A stretch of 38,191 nt of DNA from Bacteroidota bacterium (lineage in GTDB: Bacteria; Bacteroidota; Bacteroidia; Bacteroidales; JAUZOH01): positions 1 to 38,191 of the forward strand of contig JAUZOH010000002.1 of NCBI GenBank assembly GCA_030706565.1, given 5' to 3'. The notes beneath the pieces were generated by a model. It was not told the origin of the DNA. It saw only the letters and a program-made list of their open reading frames with translations, and searched no databases. Position 1 is the first letter of the stretch. Each line of letters opens with the position of its first letter. Made by a program: the position numbers and the translations under genes. Below are positions 20,396 to 27,458 of this stretch, piece by piece.

Positions 20396-21733
20396 TTAAT
20401 TTTTTGCCGTGAGCGAAGGCCTTCTTCCTATGCTGTAATAGGAAAACCCGCTTTCAAGCAATTCGGCTGAATCATAAATATTCCTTCCGTCAAAGATGAC
20501 TTTTGATTTTAACAGCCTTTCCATTACTTTCAGGTTGGGAACCCTGAATTCGGGCCATTCTGTGATCACAATAAGACCATCAGCATCGATCAATGCATCA
20601 TAAGGATCGATGGCATATTCGATTTTGCTGCCTATTCTTCGCTTGCACTCATCCATGGCTACCGGATCATAAGCTTTTACACTGGCTCCTGCCCTGGTTA
20701 ATTTATCAATGATTGACAATGATGGTGCTTCCCGCATATCATCTGTCTGCGGTTTAAATGATAATCCCCAAAGTGCAAATTTTTTCCCTGCCAAGTTTTT
20801 TCCGTAATGAGAAACTATCTTGTCGAAAATGATGACCTTTTGTTTTTCGTTTACATTTTCTACTGCCTGTAAGATATTCAGGGTGAAGTTATTCTTTTTT
20901 GCGGTATTGATTAAGGCCTTTACATCCTTTGGAAAACAGGAACCTCCATAGCCTGCGCCGGGATAGATGAATTTATTTCCTATGCGGGCATCACTGCCAA
21001 TACCCAGGCGGACCATGTTGACATCAGCTCCCAGCAATTCACATAGATTGGCTATTTCGTTCATGAAACTGATTTTGGTGGCCAGCATAGAATTGGCTGT
21101 ATATTTGGTCATTTCAGCCGAAGGAATATCCATAAACAACAAGGGATGTCCGTTGAGCAGGAATGGCTTGTACAACTTGCTTAAGGTTTTTTGGGCCGTA
21201 TCCGATTCCACCCCAATTACAATACGGTCGGGTTTGAGAAAGTCATCGATGGCATTGCCTTCCTTTAAAAATTCAGGATTGGAGGCCACATCAAAGGGGA
21301 CATTCATTTTTCTCTTAGTTAACTCTGCCTGGACGGCCGCTTTAACTTTTTGGGCCGTACCAATAGGTACTGTACTTTTGGTCACAACAACCAGGTAATG
21401 GTCAAGATTTTGCCCAATTTCCCTGGCTACTCCCAGGACATATTTCAAATCGGCACTGCCGTCTTCATCGGGCGGGGTTCCTACCGCAATAAAGACTGCT
21501 TCTGCTCCAACCAAACTTTCTCCCAGGTTGGTGGTAAACGACAATCTCCCTTTTTCGACATTCCTTTTTATCATTGTATCCAGGCCAGGCTCATAAATAG
21601 GAACAATCCCTTGATGCAACTTTTCTATTTTTCCCTTATCAATATCAACGCAAGTTACATCAATTCCCGTCTCGGCAAAGCAAGTCCCCGAAACCAAACC
21701 CACATAACCTGTTCCTACAATAGATATTTTCAT
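20396..21733 (-). CDS. ugd: UDP-glucose 6-dehydrogenase
   Basis: IVGTGYVGLVSG, catalytic GYGGSCFPKD, 445 aa. Confidence 0.93.
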   Translation of the reverse strand: MKISIVGTGYVGLVSGTCFAETGIDVTCVDIDKGKIEKLHQGIVPIYEPGLDTMIKRNVEKGRLSFTTNLGESLVGAEAVFIAVGTPPDEDGSADLKYVLGVAREIGQNLDHYLVVVTKSTVPIGTAQKVKAAVQAELTKRKMNVPFDVASNPEFLKEGNAIDDFLKPDRIVIGVESDTAQKTLSKLYKPFLLNGHPLLFMDIPSAEMTKYTANSMLATKISFMNEIANLCELLGADVNMVRLGIGSDARIGNKFIYPGAGYGGSCFPKDVKALINTAKKNNFTLNILQAVENVNEKQKVIIFDKIVSHYGKNLAGKKFALWGLSFKPQTDDMREAPSLSIIDKLTRAGASVKAYDPVAMDECKRRIGSKIEYAIDPYDALIDADGLIVITEWPEFRVPNLKVMERLLKSKVIFDGRNIYDSAELLESGFSYYSIGRRPSLTAKN

Positions 21734-21793
21734 GATTTATCTGGTTTTGCATTTTTTCATTTAACAATACGACAAGTTTTTTCAATTAAGTAG

Positions 21794-21801
21794 CAAAAAT
21801 A
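21794..21801 (-). promoter_or_regulatory. Candidate -7 box (TATTTTTG on minus strand) for the ugd operon
   Basis: Matches TAnnTTTG, about 60 nt upstream of the ugd ATG at 21733. Confidence 0.35.
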
Positions 21802-22044
21802 AATCTTATACTTTAAATATGCTTTAAAAAATGAAAGATTTTAAGAAAGTTGATTTTACAACAATTAAAATTAATACATTTAATTTAAAATCCTTATTTT
21901 ATTAAACAACAGTAAATAAAATAGTTGCGATTTTATGATTTATAACATTATTCAGAATTTGCCCGGAGAGGCTTTAACTTAAAAGAAATAAAACTATTAC
22001 ATGAATATTTTTCATAACTTTAATAGTTTAAATAAAAAATAATG

Positions 22045-22052
22045 TATTTTTG
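22045..22052 (+). promoter_or_regulatory. Candidate -7 box TATTTTTG for rpsA
   Basis: Matches TAnnTTTG, 54 nt upstream of the ATG at 22106. Confidence 0.4.
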
Positions 22053-22105
22053 CACCTTGAATTAAAAAAATAATGTCTAACTTATTAATTATTAATTTAT
22101 TTTAA

Positions 22106-24067
22106 ATGGTTGAACAAGAAAATAAACCTGAAGAAGTAGTTGATGGTGCGAATGTAGCGAAAGATGCTGCTAAAATCAACAATGAAGAAGTGAAAAATGT
22201 TTCTGAGTCTGAAGAAGAAGGGGCTGAAGAAGAGCTTAATCTGGTTAAAAAACCGGTTGAAGAGGAATTCGATTGGAGTCTTTTCACAGATAAAAAAGGA
22301 ACTTCCTATCCTGCTGATGAAAAGGCAAAATTTGAAGAAATGTACGCTCAGACTTTATCCACTATTGCTGAGAATGAAGTTATTGAAGGTGCTGTTATCT
22401 CTATGAATAAAAGAGAAGTGGTGATCAATATCGGCTATAAATCTGAAGGTGTTGTTAGTCTGAATGAATTTCGTTACAATCCCGACTTGAAAGTGGGTGA
22501 CAAAGTTGAAGTCTACGTTGAAAGTCAGGAAGATAAAAAAGGTCAGCTGATCCTTTCTCACAAGAAAGCCAGAGCAATGCGTTCATGGGACAGAGTGAAC
22601 GAAGCTCTCGAAAAAGACGAAATCATCAAAGGATATATCAAATGCCGTACTAAAGGCGGTATGATCGTTGATGTATTCGGTATTGAAGCTTTCCTCCCCG
22701 GTTCACAAATTGATGTGAAACCTATCCGTGATTACGACATGTATGTTGATAAAACCATGGAATTTAAAGTGGTTAAAATCAACCATGAATTTAAAAATGT
22801 TGTTGTATCTCATAAAGCGCTTATCGAAGCTGAGCTTGAACAACAGAAGAAAGAAATTATCTCTAAACTTGAAAAAGGACAGGTTCTTGAAGGAACTGTT
22901 AAAAATATCACCTCTTACGGAGTATTTATTGACCTGGGCGGCGTAGACGGTTTGATCCATATTACCGACCTTTCCTGGGGCAGGGTAAATCATCCTGAAG
23001 AAGTGGTTCATCTGGACCAAAAACTGAACGTTGTAATTCTTGATTTTGATGATCAGAAAAAACGTATCGCTCTTGGCTTGAAACAATTGACTCCTCATCC
23101 TTGGGATTCATTGGATCCGAATTTGAAGGTGGGTGATAAAATAAAAGGTAAAGTAGTTGTTCTGGCCGATTATGGTGCATTTGTTGAAATTGCTCCCGGT
23201 GTTGAAGGACTTATCCATGTTTCTGAAATGTCATGGTCACAGCACCTGAGAAGTGCCCAGGAATTCCTGAAAGTTGGGGATGTTGTGGAGGCTGTTATCC
23301 TTACCCTCGACCGCGAAGAAAGGAAGATGTCTCTTGGCATGAAACAACTCAAACCGGATCCATGGCAGAATATCGAAGAAAAATATGCAGTGGGCAGCAA
23401 ACATACCGCTAAGGTTCGCAACTTCACCAATTTTGGTGTTTTTGTTGAAATCGAAGAAGGTATTGACGGCCTGATCCATATTTCTGATTTGTCCTGGACA
23501 AGGAAGATCAAACATCCGGCTGAATTTACTTCCATAGGTGCCGATATTGATGTAGTGGTTCTGGAAATCGATAAGGATAACCGCAGATTAAGCCTGGGCC
23601 ATAAACAACTGGAAGAAAATCCCTGGGATGTCTTTGAAACAGTATTTACCATTGATTCTGTCCATGAAGGTACCATTATTGAATTGGTTGATAAAGGCGC
23701 TATTATTGCCCTGCCTTATGGAGTTGAAGGTTTTGCTACTACTAAACATCTGGTAAAAGAAGATGGAACAACGGCAAAAGTTGACGAAAAACTCCAATTC
23801 AAGGTAATTGAGTTCAACAAATCAGCTAAACGTATCATTCTTTCCCATACCAGAACTTTCGAAGACGCTAAAAAAGCTGAAGAGATTTCTGAAAGAAAAG
23901 AAAAGGAAGCTAATATTAAGAAAGTCACCAAGAAGATTAAAAATAATATAGAAAAGACTACTCTGGGTGATATTCCTGATTTGGCTGCCTTGAAGACAGA
24001 AATGGAAGAAAACGAAAAAAAAGCTGAAGCTGAAGCAGAAAAAGATAAAAAAGATCAGGAAAAATAG
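22106..24067 (+). CDS. rpsA: 30S ribosomal protein S1 with charged N- and C-terminal extensions
   Basis: Six S1/OB repeats (e.g. GAVISMNKREVVINIGYKSEGVV, GTVKNITSYGVFIDLGGVDGLIHITD). Acidic N-terminal extension of about 50 aa and a Lys/Glu-rich tail. Confidence 0.95.
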   Translation: MVEQENKPEEVVDGANVAKDAAKINNEEVKNVSESEEEGAEEELNLVKKPVEEEFDWSLFTDKKGTSYPADEKAKFEEMYAQTLSTIAENEVIEGAVISMNKREVVINIGYKSEGVVSLNEFRYNPDLKVGDKVEVYVESQEDKKGQLILSHKKARAMRSWDRVNEALEKDEIIKGYIKCRTKGGMIVDVFGIEAFLPGSQIDVKPIRDYDMYVDKTMEFKVVKINHEFKNVVVSHKALIEAELEQQKKEIISKLEKGQVLEGTVKNITSYGVFIDLGGVDGLIHITDLSWGRVNHPEEVVHLDQKLNVVILDFDDQKKRIALGLKQLTPHPWDSLDPNLKVGDKIKGKVVVLADYGAFVEIAPGVEGLIHVSEMSWSQHLRSAQEFLKVGDVVEAVILTLDREERKMSLGMKQLKPDPWQNIEEKYAVGSKHTAKVRNFTNFGVFVEIEEGIDGLIHISDLSWTRKIKHPAEFTSIGADIDVVVLEIDKDNRRLSLGHKQLEENPWDVFETVFTIDSVHEGTIIELVDKGAIIALPYGVEGFATTKHLVKEDGTTAKVDEKLQFKVIEFNKSAKRIILSHTRTFEDAKKAEEISERKEKEANIKKVTKKIKNNIEKTTLGDIPDLAALKTEMEENEKKAEAEAEKDKKDQEK

Positions 24068-24141
24068 TATCTTTACCAGTGAAGTTAAAAAAAGTTATTT
24101 CTCGTAAATAAATTTATAATTCAAGCTTAAATTTATTTTAT

Positions 24142-24489
24142 ATGGAATTCAATATAAAAAAACTGGAAAATTATACTTTAATTCAAGTATTGGAAGAGAA
24201 ACTGGATACTCATATTGCCCCGAACTTAAAATCTGAACTGATTCTGATTTCTGGCAATGGAGAGGAGAACATCATACTGGATTTAAGTAAATGTCGTTAT
24301 TGTGATTCCTCAGGTCTGAGCGCAATTTTAGTGGCCAACAGGCTCTGCAAAAATGCGAATGGAACTTTCGTGCTCACTGGTTTAAATGATGCCGTGGAAA
24401 GGCTTATTACAATTTCGCAACTGGATACTGTTTTGAGCATTACCAACACCGTGGAAGAAGCGGTAGATATAGTTACTAAAGCTCAATAA
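24142..24489 (+). CDS. STAS-domain protein (anti-sigma-factor antagonist, SpoIIAA-like)
   Basis: 115 aa with the conserved phosphorylatable-serine context YCDSSGLSAIL. Confidence 0.8.
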   Translation: MEFNIKKLENYTLIQVLEEKLDTHIAPNLKSELILISGNGEENIILDLSKCRYCDSSGLSAILVANRLCKNANGTFVLTGLNDAVERLITISQLDTVLSITNTVEEAVDIVTKAQ

Positions 24490-24506
24490 TTTAATAAGCT
24501 GAAAAA

Positions 24507-25442
24507 TTGTCTTTTTCTGTAACAATATTGGGAAGCAGTTCTGCATTGCCTACTTCCCGGAGATTTACAAGTGCTCACCTGCTGAATGCAGATGAGCACT
24601 TTTTTTTAATTGATTGCGGCGAGGGAACTCAAATGCAATTGCGCAGGTATAATGTCCCCTTTTTGAAAATCAACCATATCTTTATCAGCCATCTGCATGG
24701 CGATCACACCTTCGGTTTAATCGGGCTGCTCTCATCTTATATCCTTCTGGAAAGGAAAAACGATTTACACATTTATGCTTACAGTGAATTAAAAAAGCTG
24801 CTCAACCCATATATCCGTTTTTACCTGAATGATATCACCTTTAAAATTATTTTTCATGACCTGGATGTCAGGAAAAACAGCGTGATCTATGAGGATAAGA
24901 TCCTTACAGTAGAAACGATACCTTTAAAGCACCGGATAGAAACCTGTGGTTTTTTATTCAGGGAAAAACAAAAGGACCTTAACATCAGGAAAGAATATGT
25001 TCAGGAATATGGCTTATCCATAAAAGATATACAAAACATTAAAAAAGGTGGGGATTTTCAGTCTGACGGGGGAGAAGTTATCCCGAATAAGATACTTACC
25101 TTTCCGCCATTTCATCCGCGTAGTTACGCATATTGCTCGGATACCGTTTTTGATGAATCGGTCATCCCTTTGGTCAGTCAGGTCGACTTGCTTTATCATG
25201 AAGCTACCTATTGCAATAAAGATCTGGCAAGAGCCAGAAAAAATTATCATTCTACTTCCTCTCAGGCAGCTACCATTGCTTCTAAAGCAGGAGTAAAGAA
25301 ACTTATCTTAGGCCACTTCTCAGCACGGTATAAAGATATCCTCCCTTTGCTGAAAGAAGCACAGGCCATTTTTCCCAATACTTCGGTGGTAAATGATGGC
25401 GATTGCTTTGATGTACCCCTGGAACGTGAAATTATCGGATAA
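24507..25442 (+). CDS. rnz: Ribonuclease Z (tRNA 3' endonuclease), TTG start
   Basis: Metallo-beta-lactamase motif HLHGDH, N-terminal ILGSSSALPT, C-terminal GHFS. The first codon at 24507 is TTG. Confidence 0.9.
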   Translation: MSFSVTILGSSSALPTSRRFTSAHLLNADEHFFLIDCGEGTQMQLRRYNVPFLKINHIFISHLHGDHTFGLIGLLSSYILLERKNDLHIYAYSELKKLLNPYIRFYLNDITFKIIFHDLDVRKNSVIYEDKILTVETIPLKHRIETCGFLFREKQKDLNIRKEYVQEYGLSIKDIQNIKKGGDFQSDGGEVIPNKILTFPPFHPRSYAYCSDTVFDESVIPLVSQVDLLYHEATYCNKDLARARKNYHSTSSQAATIASKAGVKKLILGHFSARYKDILPLLKEAQAIFPNTSVVNDGDCFDVPLEREIIG

Positions 25443-25460
25443 TTTGCATACGTTAAAATA

Positions 25461-25497
25461 GAAAACCCGAAGAATGGAGATTGCCGGGTTTTCTTTA
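25461..25497. terminator. Bidirectional intrinsic terminator between rnz and rubredoxin
   Basis: gaaaacccg (25461-25469) pairs with cgggttttc (25485-25493). Confidence 0.7.
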
Positions 25498-25501
25498 CTT
25501 T

Positions 25502-25663
25502 CTAGTCGGTGACTTCAAAATCTGATTTCTCGACTCCGCATAAGGGGCAAACCCAATCATCGGGAAGATCTTCGAAGGCTGTGCCTGGCGCAATTCCATT
25601 ATCCGTATCCCCTTCTTTGGGGTCATAAATATACCCGCAAACTTTACATTTGTATTTTTTCAT
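25502..25663 (-). CDS. Rubredoxin (53 aa; below the length cut-off of the ORF track)
   Basis: Manual reverse translation gives [53 protein letters not shown]. It carries both CxxCG and CPxCG iron-binding knuckles and the DDW motif. Confidence 0.9.
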   Translation of the reverse strand: MKKYKCKVCGYIYDPKEGDTDNGIAPGTAFEDLPDDWVCPLCGVEKSDFEVTD

Positions 25664-25805
25664 AGCTGAAAATTTTAGTAATCTTTGGGTAATAAAAATA
25701 AAGAAAAGATTTGAATGAATAGAGGGAAAATTGTTTTTTTACGTAATTTAACGTTATGAATGAATTTAGAACTATTGAATTGTTAAACGATTGATTATTA
25801 ATTGA

Positions 25806-26555
25806 TTGGATATGCCGGATCTGGAAAATTTACTTTCCCTTTTTATGCCAGTAAAACTGGAGGAGCTTAACAGTGAAGTTGAATTGATGAATAGGATAGA
25901 TATGAAGTTCCTTTTTCCTATTAGCAAACTCGCTGGTTTTTTAAAACAGGTACAGCCTTTATATTATTCTTTATTAATTGATAACAGGAGGATTTTTAAT
26001 TATCAATCGATCTATTACGATACAAGTGATTTGTTTATGTATCAATGCCATCAGAAGGGAATGCTTAACCGGTTTAAAATAAGGCGCCGTAAATACCTTG
26101 ATTCACAGATTGATTATCTGGAGATCAAATTAAAAAATGATGAGGGGCGTACCATAAAAAAGCGCATTCGTTATCCAGGCGATCAGCAGAATATAGATCT
26201 GTCGGCACACCATTTCATTGCTTCCAATTCTCCTTTTAAAGCTGATCAGTTAACCCCTACCTTAGAGGTGAATTTTAAAAGGATCACTCTGGTGCATAAA
26301 TCCGTTTCTGAAAGGGTTACCCTGGATTTCAACCTTTCTTTTAAAAATAAGGATGGTGAACTGGAGGTTCCAAATTTAGTGATCGCTGAAATTAAGCGTG
26401 GCACCTCTCCTGTAAATTCTGATTTTGCAGGCATATTACAAAAAAAACATATTAAATCCTCGGAAATGAGTAAATATGCCATGGGCATTGCTTTATTATC
26501 CGAGAAAAACTTTATTAAGGATAATCCCTTATTAAATCCGATTGATGATGATTAG
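25806..26555 (+). CDS. VTC-domain protein (CYTH-like triphosphate-tunnel, polyphosphate-polymerase-like); TTG at 25806 or ATG at 25812
   Basis: 249 aa, soluble. Charged beta-strand motifs RIDMKFLF, YYDT, RFKIRRRKY, YLEIKLKN, VIAEIKRG, as in bacterial VTC-domain proteins. Confidence 0.7.
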   Translation: MDMPDLENLLSLFMPVKLEELNSEVELMNRIDMKFLFPISKLAGFLKQVQPLYYSLLIDNRRIFNYQSIYYDTSDLFMYQCHQKGMLNRFKIRRRKYLDSQIDYLEIKLKNDEGRTIKKRIRYPGDQQNIDLSAHHFIASNSPFKADQLTPTLEVNFKRITLVHKSVSERVTLDFNLSFKNKDGELEVPNLVIAEIKRGTSPVNSDFAGILQKKHIKSSEMSKYAMGIALLSEKNFIKDNPLLNPIDDD

Positions 26556-27255
26556 CCCTTTTTGTTTAGCTGATATAGGAACCGCTACCGCTTTTGGCGT
26601 GAAAATAATTGATATTGATTCTTTCCTGCGGTTGTTGGTTCATTTTGCATTTAATTTTCTGGTAATACTGGTGCTGGCTAGGGTATTGTATTATCACAAT
26701 TCCAGAAGGAAAGACTACCTGTTTAGTTATTTACTGATTTCGACCATTATTTTTCTGCTTTGCTATTTGTTGTCAAATGTCAAGCTTCAGCTTGGGTTTG
26801 CATTAGGCTTGTTTGCTGTTTTCGGAATTTTGCGGTACCGTACAGATGCCATTCCCATCAAAGAGATGACCTATCTCTTTGTAATCATTGGAATTTCCGT
26901 TATTAATGCCTTGTCCAGTGTAGAGATCAGTTATGCCGAACTTTTGTTTACCAATATACTGATCATTGGGCTGGCATGGTCAATGGAAAGAATATGGCTG
27001 TCGCGCCATGTAACCCGGAAAGTTGTGGATTATGAAAAGATAGAATTAATTAAGCCTGAAAACCGTAAATTCCTGATCCAGGATCTGGAAGAGCGTACAG
27101 GACTTCATATCAATAGAATTGAAATAGGTAAAATCGATTTTCTTAAGGAAACTGTCAGGATTTTGGTTTATTATTATGATGATGAAAACCGGGAATTCTC
27201 CGGAGCCGATGATCCCTTCAACCATTCGGTCAATAATGACGATGACGATGATTAA
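26542..27255 (+). CDS. DUF4956-like polytopic membrane protein with a cytosolic C-terminal domain and a poly-Asp tail
   Basis: About five hydrophobic helices (e.g. LGFALGLFAVFGILRYRTDAIPIKEMTYLFVIIGISVINAL), then an acidic soluble tail of about 90 aa. Its start (TTG 26542, ATG 26545 or 26548) overlaps the stop of the VTC gene. Confidence 0.7.
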   Translation: MMMISPFCLADIGTATAFGVKIIDIDSFLRLLVHFAFNFLVILVLARVLYYHNSRRKDYLFSYLLISTIIFLLCYLLSNVKLQLGFALGLFAVFGILRYRTDAIPIKEMTYLFVIIGISVINALSSVEISYAELLFTNILIIGLAWSMERIWLSRHVTRKVVDYEKIELIKPENRKFLIQDLEERTGLHINRIEIGKIDFLKETVRILVYYYDDENREFSGADDPFNHSVNNDDDDD

Positions 27256-27424
27256 TGAATTCTATCCCCGCCTGAACCGGATTGCCGACCCCAAGGCAAT
27301 ATATTGGCGGTGATGAATTAACCCGCTTGGGTCTATCCCTCTAAAAACAGTCTGTTTCAGTTATATTAATTATTAAATAACAGAAACAATTTGCCTAAAG
27401 ACTATTTTGCAATCTATAATTCAT

Positions 27425-27432
27425 TATCTTTG
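27425..27432 (+). promoter_or_regulatory. Candidate -7 box TATCTTTG for the thrS-infC-rpmI-rplT operon
   Basis: Matches TAnnTTTG, 27 nt upstream of the thrS ATG. A TTTG at 27406-27409 could serve as a -33 element. Confidence 0.4.
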
Positions 27433-27458
27433 CCTGAATTTTCATAAAAGTATTCGCG

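Noticed and set aside
21831-21905. Short ORFs (13-24 codons) in the 372-bp AT-rich ugd/rpsA divergent spacer
   Set aside because: ATG and TAA triplets are expected at high frequency in sequence this AT-rich. There is no conservation or motif evidence available.
24106-24138. 11-bp inverted repeat aaataaattta/taaatttattt between rpsA and the STAS gene, as a terminator
   Set aside because: The stem is entirely A/T with an 11-nt loop, so predicted stability is very low. It is probably incidental in AT-rich spacer DNA.
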